Shown: positions 22,969-35,759 of the stretch, one piece after another
Numbering within the stretch: the first letter of the stretch is position 1
Layout of the letters: every line of letters begins with the position of its first letter
Assembly: GCF_006345805.1 (NCBI RefSeq)
Contig: NW_021834989.1
Location: 1-43,600 of the forward strand
Source of the DNA: Octopus sinensis
Taxonomy: Eukaryota
DNA length: 43,600 bases
Reading direction: 5' to 3'
Translations under genes and position numbers: made by a program
The notes under the pieces: generated by a model
What the model was told of the DNA's origin: nothing
What the model saw: the letters and a program-made list of their open reading frames with translations, nothing else
Databases searched by the model: none

Positions 22969-23237
22969 ATTTTAGGAGCACTAAAATAAAATAACGTTTT
23001 GACATTTTGTGCCCTGTGCTACATTTATTTCCGAAACAATTAGTTTTTAACATACAAGGTTTTACTGCACCACCTGGCACAGTAATAGCTCGCATAACCG
23101 AACTTTTATTATAGCAGCAACAGCTCCATATATTCATCTAGTTTCTAAGTTATTTGGATCTTTTGAATAAACTGAAAGATATCTGTATATCCTTTGTCAT
23201 TGTTGTCTTGTGAATTTATTATGTTGCTTCATGCACA

Positions 23238-23466
23238 CTTTTACTCTTTCTCTTTTTTACTTGTTTCAGTCATTTGACTGTGGCCATGCTGGAGCACCAC
23301 CGTTAGTCGACCAAATCGACTCCAGGACTTATTCTTTGTAGGCCTAGTACTTATTCTACCGGTCTCTTTTGCCGAACTGCTAAGTTACGGGGACGTAAAC
23401 ACACCAGCATCGGTTGTCCAGTGATGTTGGTTCGCAAGCAAGCTACTTACCACACAGCCACTACTA
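23238..23466 (-). mobile_element. SINE family B with internal deletion
   Basis: 3' half intact and joined directly to the first ~35 nt of the head. Confidence 0.88.
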
Positions 23467-23497
23467 TAGCTATAAATTAATTAAATAATATGTACGT

Positions 23498-23580
23498 CAA
23501 AGTCAACCTCGGCGAAATTTGATCTCATAACGTAAAGACGGACGAAATGCCGCTAAGCAGTTTGCCCGGCACGCCAGCAC
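23498..23580 (-). mobile_element. SINE family A head fragment
   Basis: AAAGTCAACCTCGGCGAAATTTGATCTC...GACGAAATGCCGCTAAGCA; a similar decayed fragment lies at 21770-21870. Confidence 0.75.
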
Positions 23581-23765
23581 GCAGCATGTGTTATTTTATT
23601 GTTGTATCTTAGGAAGAGGTGAGATAACGTATGACCCCAACATATTAGAATTGTTTTAATTACGATAATAAGATTAATAGCATTAAATAGATTCCATTTC
23701 ATCAATGGGATAATTTAATTAGTAAAATAATTCGAAATGAAATCTGAATCCAGAATTTTAAAAAG

Positions 23766-23811
23766 TAAAATAAAATAAAATAAAATAAAATAAAATAAAA
23801 TAAAATAAAAT
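23766..23811. repeat. (TAAAA)n pentanucleotide repeat
   Basis: Direct reading. Confidence 0.95.
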
Positions 23812-23985
23812 GAAGCAAGACATTTTGTTCTGCCAGTTCTGTAGTCTACCATTCTTCTTTATTTTGTTAACGTAAATAATGACAAAACTACAATAATGAT
23901 AACAGCAACATAATGTTTAAGGAAGACAGGATCAGAGAGAGTATCGTCATTACCAAGACCAACTGTAAGATCACAGATAACACTA

Positions 23986-24235
23986 TCACCACCACCACCA
24001 CCACCACCACACCACCACCACCACCACCACCACCACCACCATCATCGCCATCATTATCATCATAGACATCACCACAGCTACGAATCGGTTGTACTCCCTG
24101 ACACTACCAACAGAGTAATAGAAAGAACAAGATACCAATACTGAAGAATAAACAAACAACAATAACAACAACAACAACAACTACTACTACTACTACTACT
24201 ACTACTGCTACTACTACTACTACTACTACTACTAC

Positions 24236-24268
<33 letters not shown>

Positions 24269-24350
24269 CAATAACAATAACAACAACAACAATAACAACA
24301 ACAACAACAATAATAATAATAATTATAATAATAATAATGATAATAGTAAC
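23986..24350. repeat. Compound trinucleotide array (CAC, CAT, CAA, CTA, TAA)
   Basis: Direct reading. Confidence 0.95.
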
Positions 24351-24534
24351 AAAATCGAAGAGAACGAGATCAATACCAAAGACAGCAAGAAAGCATGAAG
24401 CAGAAACGCACAAACTTGAACACTGCAACATTTAACAGCAATAAGAAAATGATATTGAACCACCCTGGCAACAATGAGCTTACACGTGGTCATACAGTTT
24501 GATAGAAAAATCAACGAGGTATTCCTCAAATTAT

Positions 24535-24857
24535 AAAGAACTCCTTCGGTCACGAATGGCCACCTAGAAAGTTTTCCCTCGGAGACACAAGTCCAGGCAA
24601 GGTTGATTACGGAAGACCAGTAGTCGCCCATGCATATCAGTCTCACCTCTCCACGCCACTAATGTTATCCAAGGGAAAAGCAAAGGCTTCACATACAGCT
24701 TCACACCAGTGACGTAGCGATTCATTTTTACAGTTGAGTGGATCAACCTGAAATAAAGCGTCTTGCTCAAGAAGGCAACATACAACACGGCCCGGGAACC
24801 CAACTCACTACGGCATGATTGTGAGCTCAACGATCTAACCACTGAACTATGCGCCTT
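24535..24857 (-). mobile_element. SINE family C (tRNA head plus CORE-like domain), tail type 1
   Basis: Minus strand GGCGCATAGTTCAGTGGTTAGA (A box), TTCTTGAGCAAGACGCTTTATTTCA, CACTCAACTG, ending TTCGTGACCGAAGG. Confidence 0.8.
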
Positions 24858-25174
24858 CACTCAAATTATAATTCACTGGTAATGGTAAAATAGTGAGGAT
24901 ATATTAACCTACCGTTGAATCGTGTCAGCGACACATTAAATAATGTACTGCTTGATTCAAAATGTCTCAAGGGAAAGAAAAACAGGTTGTTCTTCGCTGC
25001 AACATATTTGATCGTAATTCTGCTCAGTTAGGGTTGACCTGGGGTTAAACAGCAACATCAATATTGTCTGCTGAATAAGGCGTGATTGTCACGACTGAAG
25101 CAATTTTCTCTGCAGTTTCTGATCGATTAGAAAATGACATGTGGGTTAAACATTAACAGGAGCAACAGCAAGAA

Positions 25175-25216
25175 CACCACCATCATCATCATCACCGTCA
25201 TCATCATCATCATCAA

Positions 25217-25269
<53 letters not shown>

Positions 25270-25466
25270 ACTTCATCATCATCATCATCAACTTCATCAT
25301 CATCGTCGTCGTCGTCGTCATGATCATCATCATCATGATCAACATCATCATCATCATCATCATCATCATCGTCGTCGTCGTCGTCGTCGTCGTCATCGTC
25401 GTCGTCGTCGTCATCATCATCATCAGCAGCAGCAACAGTAGCAGCACGACGACGACGAGGACAACC

Positions 25467-25498
<32 letters not shown>
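25175..25498. repeat. Compound trinucleotide array (ATC, GTC, CAG, CAC, AAC)
   Basis: Direct reading; source of the poly-Asp, poly-Met and poly-Ile ORFs. Confidence 0.95.
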
Positions 25499-26004
25499 GG
25501 ACATACAAAATGTAAATAAACAGTAATATAATACACGAAAAGTCTGGGACGTAAACGCATTTAGCCCACTTACCACGGAGCACATTACAATATATGCCAC
25601 GTCACCTTGTCACATAACCAATCAAATTCCTAGACGGATCTGTCAGTATATTATGAGTTAATTAGATCAAGTTGTTTACGAGCAGGTTATGATGTTCACT
25701 GCGGGAAAATGTGGACAGTTTTCTTTTGTTTTTTTTTTAAAAGAATATTTTATTATCGACAGTCTTTACATCAACATGAACAGCAACAACAACAATATTA
25801 GCGATTACAATGACCAAAAAATAATAACATAAGCCACAGTAAGAACAACTCTAACAACAATAGAAACGAAACAAATACAACAGCAATGAGGAAAACAACA
25901 ACAGCACCAGCGAAAATGACGAGAATAGTCTATTATGAAAGCAGCAATGATAATAACAAGACACAACTACAATGATAGTAACAGCTGTAAAAAAACAACA
26001 ACAA

Positions 26005-27473
26005 GGCGTAGGAGTGGCTGTGTTGTAAGTAGCTTGCTCACGAACCACATGGTTCCAGGTTCAGTCCCATTGCGTGGCACTTTGGGCAAGTGTCTTCTAC
26101 TATACCCTCGAGCCGACCAAAGCCTTGTGAATGGATTTGGTAGACGAAAACTGAAAGAAGTCCGTCGTATATATGTATATATATGTATATATATTGTTAC
26201 GAGGGGGACCTCCGTCGAACGAAAGCTGTTACGGAATCCCTCACACAGGCCCGACCGATCAGACAATGTTCGCCACGGAAACTCGGAGAGGAGAGAGAGA
26301 CGCAATGAAGGCAATTGGCTCACATTTAACAACTAGTTTATGACAATCATTACAACATCAAATACAATGTAAAATACATCAGATATATCAAAGAAAATAC
26401 ATGCAAGAAACAACAAAGCAAAGCATTTAATGAAAACAACACATCAAATGCAATAACAACAGCATTTCAAGAGTACACGTCCGGAGACAACAGTTCTGTT
26501 TTAAAACACATTAAAATTACAGTTCAAAGACATTAAAGGCCTATACAGTTCAATATTCATTACACAGTTCTCTCTTCAACAACTCTGTACACAATGTCTT
26601 TACACAGTTCACATTGTTCTTTTCACTGTCTCATTTCTTTTACAGTTCAATACATCGATTCTTTTTCCTTCTTTTTCTTCACATATCAATACACAATTCA
26701 CGTACCTTAGTTCCTACTATAATAGCCAATGTCTCATATTGTACCTCATCTCTCTTAGCACCGCCAAATCCAACTTGCTAACCTGTCTGCCCTGAATTCC
26801 AAATCCTGGCCGCTAAATCCAACCGCTCGCCTTGACTTCCAAAAACCGACTGCCCAAAACCTCTTGCTCTGTCACAACCCTCAATCTCTCTCTGCTCTAA
26901 TACTCTCTCTATCGCCGCTTAGTCCTATGTGCCCGTCCTCATCGACGCTGTCACTGTCACTCTCTCTCTCAGCTCTGCAATACCATGTCTGTCTGTCCTC
27001 CTCTACGCTGTCACTGTCACTCTCTCATGACAGCTCCCAGATCCATTAATCTGTCTTTCTCAGCCCTTCCTTTTAAGGGGTGTTTAGAACGAACTTTCCT
27101 TGACCGGCAAAAGGGTAGGGTCCTTCCAAAAGCCATTACTCTTCCCAAAACAAAGGACTATAACTTTGCATTCCAGTCTTTCTGTCTCCAGGCCAGCAAA
27201 GTAGGTCACAATCAACTGTCCCTAAGTTGAACTCACAACAATATATATGTGTGTGTATATGTTTGTGTGTCTATGTTTGTCCTCCCCAACATCGCTTGAC
27301 AACCGATGCTGGTGTGTTTACGTCCTCGTAACTTAGCGTTTCGGCAAAAGAGACCGATACAATAAGTACTAGACTTACAAGGAATAAGTCCTGGGGTCGA
27401 TTTGGTCGACTAAAAGCGGTGCTCCATCATGGCCACAGTCAAATGACTGAAACAAGTAAAAGATAAAAGAGTA
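26005..27473 (+). mobile_element. SINE family B, full length, split by a solo LTR (halves 26005-26194 and 27241-27473)
   Basis: The two halves join at the internal TA microsatellite to give a complete copy collinear with 2931-3346. Confidence 0.92.
26195..27240 (-). mobile_element. Solo LTR (1046 bp), probably Ty3/gypsy
   Basis: Begins TGTTACGAG, ends CTCACAACA (TG...CA, 7/9 inverted match), ATAT on both sides (4-bp TSD, ambiguous in TA context). Orientation inferred from minus-strand TTAAAA (~27070) and ATAAAC (~26337). Confidence 0.8.
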
Positions 27474-27630
27474 ACAACATTAAGGCTATGTGCAAACCGT
27501 AATAATAAGAGTTACAGCAACAGCGACAACAGTGGCTCAATTGGTTTGGAGGAATAACCGTTTTTGTCCGAACAGAAATCCAATCGAAGCCATCCGGACT
27601 CCTTTTCCGTTATATTATATCCGGGACAAA

Positions 27631-27835
27631 CGGCGGTGGACTGACAGAATCGCTAGCACGTTGGACAAAATGCTTAGTGTAACTTCTTTCAGTTCTTTAT
27701 GCCACCGAGGTCAACTATGTATTTCATCCTTTCGGAGACGATGGAATAAATATAAGTTGAGGAGCAAGTCCATATAACTGACCTATCCGATCCAAATCAA
27801 AATTACTGGACCTGTGCCAAAATTAGAAAGCATTA
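27631..27835 (+). mobile_element. SINE family A, decayed
   Basis: CGGCGGTGGACTGACAGAATCGCTAGCACG...CCGAGGTCAAC...TTTCATCCTTTCGG...GTGCCAAAATTAGAAA. Confidence 0.75.
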
Positions 27836-28044
27836 CATCCAAGACAACACTATCTGTTCAGTCATTTTTGAGACATGAAGCAACACCAGTCATATCGTTA
27901 ACCCTAATACCGTACTTGGCTTACACTTCAGCACTCATAAGAGTAGAGGGGTTGCCACGTTCGGACCTAGTTCATGTTGTTTACTTCCAATGTAGCCATA
28001 ACTAGAGTTTATACTTTCAATGAGAGATGTAACTTTAAATGGTT

Positions 28045-28345
28045 GCTTGATCTGCTTATAAAGCAGTCAAATACTTCTACTCTATTCAAAATGTGAAAAC
28101 GACATTCGATAATATAGTAGCCTAGGTAGCCATTTTGTTTTCTCAAAATACAAAGGCTGTGATTGGAGCAATTGTGAGCATTGATCTGCTGAACCAGAGT
28201 TGACTTAGGACTGAGCTACAAGACTAGCTTATTGAATAAAGAGGCTGTAGTTCCGGGTACCTCTAAACAAGTAGGATTGTTTCGACAGAAAATCCCTGGA
28301 TCATATGTTTTCTGCATATGTTAGACATTGGGTTAAACAACAACA
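28045..28345 (+). mobile_element. Repeat family D fragments
   Basis: GATCTGCTTATAAAGCAGTCAAAT...GATCTGCTGAACCAGAGTTGAC and TGGGTTAAACAACAAC. Confidence 0.4.
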
Positions 28346-28537
28346 AATATACAATTAGCGATAGCACAGCGTAGAGTGTATTACATGGCCAGCTTGCTAC
28401 TTTGCCTCATATAATCAGGCAGGAACATATTTCAGTAATGAGATGTATAAACGTTAGATAAATGTTTTCAAAGTCTACATTGTCAGTACTGATCAGAACC
28501 TTGCTTCTCAAACTGGCAACATCCTTCAAAACATAAT

Positions 28538-28903
28538 CTCTTTTTCTTTTACTTGTTTCAGTCTTTGGACTATGGCCATGCTGGGGTTCCGCCTTGAATT
28601 TGACCTCAGTAATTTTTCTTAAACCTGGTAATCATTCTCTCGTCATATTTTATCCAACTGCTAACTTACGAAGATGTAAGCGAACCAGCACTGGTGGTTA
28701 AGCGATGGTAGGACACCCACTCACTCACAATACAAACACACACACAATACAAACACACACACACACGCATGCATATATGTATATACGACAGGCTTCTTTC
28801 AGTTTCCGCCTACCACATCCACTCACTTTGGTCAGCCCGAGGCTATATTAGGGAATACTTGCTTTAGGTACTAAGCAGTGGGAATGAACCCGAAACCATG
28901 TTG
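28538..28903 (-). mobile_element. SINE family B, diverged
   Basis: TTTTACTTGTTTCAGTC...GGCCATGCTGG...GGCTTCTTTCAGTTTCCG...TGAACCCGAAACCATG. Confidence 0.85.
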
Positions 28904-29067
28904 TGAAATTTTTCCTGACCTTCTACCTCTTCCTAAATGAGGGAACAAAATATAGCTGTATCCATACAAGTCTTCTTTCTTTGGTATCGTGTTGTTGGGT
29001 TTTTAGAAAGTTCGAGGCATTTTAGTTTTATACAATATCGCCACATTTTAGAACACTTCTCATTCTT

Positions 29068-29218
29068 TATAGTACTTTTTACTACCAAGGACCCCTTTTA
29101 TGTAAAATTAATTTTCTTCGGAATATTGAAAGGTCGATCAGCTTAACATGTTCACGGACCCCCAGTACTAATTTTGCAGACCACCAGGAGTCCGTGGACC
29201 ACATGTTGGGAACCACTG
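29068..29218 (+). mobile_element. hAT (Charlie-like) MITE remnant
   Basis: Ends GTCCGTGGACCACATGTTGGGAACCACTG with internal GGACCCC motifs, typical of hAT-Charlie termini. Confidence 0.5.
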
Positions 29219-29379
29219 TCTTATAGGGTGCTTAAGAGGGGGGTGATTTGCCCCACATCCACAATCTCTATCAGTAACACAGACTTACATAGGATACAGC
29301 AACGGAAAGCTACAACTGCGATGATAACAAAACCAACAGCCTTTGCATGAACAGCAACTACGATGCTTACTCTATGAAG

Positions 29380-29497
29380 ATGACGACGATGATGATGATA
29401 ATGATGATGATGATGATGATGGTGATGAAGATAATGTCTTTGTCATCCTCCTCCTCCTCAACATCATCATCATCATCACCATCACCATCAGCATCAT

Positions 29498-29532
<35 letters not shown>

Positions 29533-29585
29533 ATCGCCGTTAGCAACAGCAACAACAATACTATCATTGTCATCATCAGCAACCG
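29380..29585. repeat. Compound trinucleotide array (GAT, CAT, CAC)
   Basis: Direct reading. Confidence 0.9.
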
Positions 29586-29637
29586 AAGCAACAACTCAAA
29601 CTGCACTGATAACAAACAGCTTCAGCAAATCTCTGGT

Positions 29638-29683
<46 letters not shown>

Positions 29684-29730
29684 TATATATGTATATCTAT
29701 ATATGATTATATATACATGTATATATTTTG

Positions 29731-29829
<99 letters not shown>

Positions 29830-29844
29830 ATATATATATATATA

Positions 29845-30328
<484 letters not shown>

Positions 30329-30914
30329 GCAGCGCAGTAAGGAGAGCAGTTGACATCTGTAGGTGACAGACAGATTAGATGGTTTAATTAATCAACAGTG
30401 CTAAGTCTCATAACCTCTAGTGCAAAAAACCCTTGCAGTAATGCAGAGTTATTGCAATAACAGAAGAAGTATAGGTAGGAACTTCTAAGATGGAAAAAAT
30501 ATGAAGTGGAGTGTATCATATATATTATTTCTGGAATTTTGTCTTAATAATATTCTTCCTTTCCAGAGAACAGACACATTCCTAAGCTTATCTCCGATTA
30601 TATTTACCTTCCAGCAATAACCTGATTGCAGTTCATTCTTACCAAGCCAACACGATTTATCTATTATAAGATGGACACACGATATTCATACATACACATA
30701 CATACATGCATACATACGTACATACAAACATACATACATACATACATACACACATGCATACATACATATATGCATACATACATATACACTCACATACATG
30801 CATACATATACATCTATATCTACATCTATCTATCTATACATATGTATATATATATATATGCATATATATGTATATTTATATCATATGTATAATGTATATA
30901 TATGATATATATAT

Positions 30915-31040
30915 ATAAATAAATAAATAGAGTTAAACGCAGGTGTTATTCAAATGATTTTACTTCCGACAAATGTTTCGAAGGTATCACTGGTATTATT
31001 CCAAACAAATAAATTGGTGTAAAACAAGGGGAAAATACAC
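30915..31040 (-). mobile_element. (TA)n-abutting fragment with hammerhead 3' half
   Basis: Minus strand CCTTC-GAAA-CATTTG-TC-GGAAG (30963-30984); CTGANGA half absent. Confidence 0.35.
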
Positions 31041-31078
31041 ACATCTATATACATGACACACACACACACATATATATA

Positions 31079-31385
31079 GGCGTGTGGCTTAATGGTTAAG
31101 GCATTCGGCTCATGAACGTAATGTAGTGATTCAATTTCTGGCGATGCGTTGTGTTCTTGAGCATGGCACTTTATTTTACATTGCTCCAGTCCACCCAGCT
31201 GGCAAAAATGAGTAGTACCTGTATTTCAAAAGGGCCAGCCTTGTCACAATCTGTGTCCCGTAGAATAGCTCACCTTGAGAACTACGTTAAAGGTACGCGT
31301 GTCTCTGTGGAGTGCACATTAATTTCACGAGCAAGCTGTTCCGTTGATCGGAGCAACTGGAACCCTCGTCGTCGTGACCGCCAGT
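31079..31385 (+). mobile_element. SINE family C, tail type 2
   Basis: GGCGTGTGGCTTAATGGTTAAG, TTGTGTTCTTGAGCATGGCACTTTATTT, CCACCCAGCTG, then a tail unlike that of 24535-24857. Confidence 0.8.
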
Positions 31386-31594
31386 TAAATATATATCTGA
31401 TAATCTAGTAAACATATACACAATGAGACTACGCAGTGAACACCTACAAATTGTTTCTATGCAGTAAACATGTATAGAATGTGCATCCAGTAAATATTTA
31501 GAGATGTGAATACCTATAGATTTTGATGTAAGATGCGTTTCTTTGCTCTGTCTATGCAGCCAAAATCTACATAATGTATCTATCAAACGAACAT

Positions 31595-31595
<1 letters not shown>

Positions 31596-31689
<94 letters not shown>
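31596..31689. repeat. (TATC)n microsatellite
   Basis: Direct reading; others at 33795-33860, 34457-34647, 40003-40078. Confidence 0.95.
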
Positions 31690-31690
<1 letters not shown>

Positions 31691-31691
<1 letters not shown>

Positions 31692-31775
31692 TGTAAAAGA
31701 ACTCGGAAGGTTGAGCCTCCAACCAAGTCTTTCGCGATACCCTTAACGCTAGAAATTTTGCAGCACGCCCTCGTA
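31691..31775 (+). mobile_element. Mariner-type MITE, right half
   Basis: TGTAAAAGAACTCGGAAG...CCTCCAACCA...CAGCACGCCCTCGTA, homologous to 3747-3828. Confidence 0.85.
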
Positions 31776-32059
31776 TGTATGTATACCTCATTTCTACAAG
31801 TTCTAGCAGGAAAAACTGACAATTTTTGAAATGGCCATAATTGGATTGGTAAAGATATGGTTACGCACTTGATGGCATTGTACAACACTTATGACACCAT
31901 TTTTGTACTTTTGAAGCTGCAACAGTATGTGTACGAGATTACTTTTTCAAAAGTGATACCTCGGTTACTAAAATGCAGAGGATTATCATGTCGAAATACA
32001 GTGTTGTTATGGATAGAAAATTTCAAGTTCTAAATTCGATCGAAATTCTCTTTTATAAG

Positions 32060-32580
32060 ATTAGGATTGTTGGGAATGTCGAGAAACGTTTGTAGTAAAG
32101 ATGGTTGCAGCGTGGAAAATTTGTATTTCCATTTATGTAGTTGCGTAGATATTGGCCGAATAGCAATCAACATGTTCATAGTGCCTGCTTTATTGTAAAC
32201 GTGCATCAATGAGTTGCTGTCGTGTGGTATGGCATGTTCGGATATATTTCATATTTCTTTGAAGAAGTCGACATGTACTCATATTTTGCAAATTGAATTT
32301 TCCACGCAATTAATAAATGACACGTATGGTTTCAACAAAACGGAGCGACCGATCATACAGCAAAATCTTCCTTGGACGTTATCAACGATATCATTTTCCA
32401 GCACGATGTAGCATATATATGGACTCTGGATTGCCTGACCCTTCAGTTTAGGAGTATTTCTTCTTCAGTTGAAGAAAATGTTCTCCTTAAACTACGTATA
32501 CCCGTTAAGGCGAACCTTTGCTATGCGCCAGATATTCACGGCAAAACTTCGGAAATGATTGTGCAACACACAAAGTAAGT
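32060..32580 (+). pseudogene. Decayed Tc1/mariner-superfamily transposase (maT/rosa-like DDxD type)
   Basis: From 32213: VAVVWYGMFGYISYFFEE (cf. VTVWCG..IGPYFFE); from 32324: VWFQQNGATDHTAKSSLDVI (cf. WFQQDGATAHTA); then PDPSV*EYFF (cf. PDLxPLDFFLW); in-frame stops present. Confidence 0.75.
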
Positions 32581-33027
32581 TAGAAGGTAACTCGTGTCTA
32601 TAACGCACAAATAGATGTATAGAGCCCATTATATATGTTGTTTTTATAAATCACTATGAATATATCCTCGGTAATGGCACTATGGATTTATAAGGTCGAC
32701 TGGTGATGGACTTCGACTTATTATTTCGACATCAGATTAGCTGGAGTTCAACATCAAAAGCAAGACCTTTCTTGGCCTGGTGTACGTGTATCTGCAGAGA
32801 GCATAAGAATTATTTTGCCTGGATTCCTAATCCCTTATCAATAACTATACATACTTACATATATATATATTTATATATATATATGTATATATATATGTAT
32901 ATATATATATATATATATAATATATATATATATATAATATATATAGATATAAGATTATAATATGTGTATAAATATATATATATATGTGTGTATACATATG
33001 TAAGATATAATTTAGGCACACATTATA

Positions 33028-33407
33028 TCTCTCTCTATATAAACGGCAGTTTGTCTGTGCGTGTTCTGTGTGTCTGTTTTCTCGTACCCTCACCCTGACC
33101 ACGGCTTTCACCGATTCTGATGAAACTTGACACACACATAGCCCAATGTCATAATTCAAAACTAACGCAGCGAAAATTTTGAAAAGTTCCCCCAGTTCTG
33201 AAAAAAATCGATAAATTCGACATGGGGTCGAGAATAAAAAAAAACAAACCACAGACTGTCTAGGGGACGCAATCAACCTTTTTTTACTCTCAAAAAAAAT
33301 TTACCATCATTTTTTTTCCATTTTTTTGCTATTTTTGGCTATAACTCTCTAAAAATGCTTTATAGTTATTTCCCTACAAACCTGAGCAACGCGGGCGATA
33401 CTGCTAG
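33028..33407 (+). mobile_element. Complete non-autonomous Helitron (~380 bp)
   Basis: A|TC start, TATATAAA, GTCTGT repeats, CCGATTCTGATGAAACTTG motif, imperfect 3' hairpin CCTGAGCAACGCGGG, terminal CTAG|T; no TSD. Confidence 0.8.
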
Positions 33408-33820
33408 TTATATATATATGTCTGTGCATATTTATGCCTGTCTTTATGCATGTGTGTATGTGCTCCAGCATGACCACACCCGCATGGCTGAAACGAGTAA
33501 AAGAGTAGTGTTTATTTTTATGCCGAGTTATAATGAAAGCAATTTTTAAAAGTAATCAGAATGGAAGATTACTCATTATGTTTTGAAGAATACATATTTA
33601 ATTCTCATTAACAACAATAGATTTGACAGTGACTGCGAAGTTTCGGTGCTTTGCCTTTATTAGACAATCCAATTGAAGACTAAGCAAACTGAAACTTAGA
33701 AGTCACTATCAACACACACACACGCACGCGCACATGAATGAGTGTGAGTTTCGGGGGTGTAAATATATATATATATATATTTATCCATCTAAACAGATAG
33801 ATGGATAAATAGAAAGATAA

Positions 33821-33860
<40 letters not shown>

Positions 33861-34336
33861 CTATCCAATCAAAATATACACAATGTCATTTACAAGTTGT
33901 TTATCCAACGAACATCTGTAAACTAGAGAAAAAAAGTAAATAGAAAAAGTAAAACACCCACAAAGACAAAATAATGTATATATGTTGTCGGCACTTAGAA
34001 ATTCTGACCAACCAAGTCCACACCAACAGGCTGTGATGAATATGGGCGAAAAATACGATGTATTTATTTTCCATTACAAAACACAGGGTTTTCCCGTCTG
34101 CAAGAATTATCGTCATAGATTTAGTGCTACTACCGTCAGGAATTTAGTACTTGTTTACAAAGTTCAGCCATTTATTAGACGAGATGACGTGTTTACTTAA
34201 GCGGAAATTGAACACGAGAGCAACTTATTTACTCTTGTCATCGGTTGATTTTGATTTCGTGACCGATTTATAACTTTCTTTCTTTTCCTCCATCCCTTTA
34301 ACACACACGTAGACACACACGTAGACACACACGTAG

Positions 34337-34367
<31 letters not shown>

Positions 34368-34456
34368 CATCCCACACACGAATATACAAATACGAACTCA
34401 CGCATCGACATACACGCACATACATCCCTCTCTAAATTTCCACATTCCTTCCATGC

Positions 34457-34524
<68 letters not shown>

Positions 34525-34532
34525 GTACCAAC

Positions 34533-34602
<70 letters not shown>

Positions 34603-35759
34603 GTCTGTCTATCTATCTATCTGTCTGTCTGTCTGTCTGTCTATCTGCATGTAGTTAGTATGTGTATGTATGTATGTTGTATGACTTGTTCTTCCTTGAT
34701 GTATTTAGTTATATATGTGCGTATGTAAATATGTGTGTATTTGTCTATTCATGTTTCTCTCTGTCAATCTCTCTATCGATCTATTCGTCATTCAACTTTC
34801 TCCCTTGTTTCCGTTGGCATTGTCTGCACTATAGAACATGAGAGAGAAAGAGTAAGGGAGAGGGAGAGAGGAGAGAGAAAGAGGGAGAGAGAGAGAGAGA
34901 GAAAGAAAGATAGTTGAATGGATAGATGTAGCGTACTGACAAACGTTCACAAATTCACATATACAAATATTTATGTATGCATGTTATGTATCTCCCTCTC
35001 TGTCTAGCCCTCTCTTTCTCATTCTTTACACATATAGAAAGATGTGTATATATAGAGAGGAGAGAAGGAGAGAAGGATCGAGAGATATAGAGAGCGAGAG
35101 TGACTGAGAACCAGACAGCCAGACTGACAGAGTAGACGTTTTAAATCCACTCTGAAAAGAAGATGCCTTGTGGTAGTCTGCTGAGAAGTATATCAAAGCT
35201 GTATGGAGGTGGGTGGTAAGGACTAGTTAAAGATGAAGTTGTAAAACAAAACAATTGGTTTCTGATTTATAGAAAGCTAGATTTCCTGTTGACTTTATAA
35301 TGCTGCGTAAGCTCTTGTCTACGGAGGTAACGTTGGATATACACAGCAGACAATTTATGTTTGTTAACACTTAGAGACGCGGTTTTATGTATACATTCAT
35401 AGTATGTACGTATATAAAGGCATGTATAATTATGTAAACATACGTATACACACACAGACAAACACACACAAACACACACAAACGCACACATGTATCCATT
35501 TGAAGTGGTGTAAATTACACTGCTGTGCACAGCCCGAATAGGGAATGGGTCTTTAAACATAGTCGTGGGTGTTTCAATTCCCTTGCGGCGCTTAGGTGTC
35601 CGGACGCTATAGGAACCACCAAAACATTCTAATATGTAACGAGTTATTTCGGGAATTCCGTACTTGGTTACGTATTGCCTTCTATCGATAATTTCTTGCT
35701 CTCTGATCTCAAATAATTATAATGACGCTAAAATGTATTCTATATTAAAAAATCGTAAG

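Noticed and set aside
26005-26080. tRNA gene
   Set aside because: A/B-box similarity belongs to SINE heads; no cloverleaf; continues into a SINE body.
33113-33132. CTGATGAAAC
   Set aside because: Part of the Helitron internal CCGATT...AAACTTG motif, not a ribozyme.
33635-33668. Minus-strand CTAATAA-AGGCA...CC-GAAACTTCGCA
   Set aside because: Two core mismatches and no NUH site.
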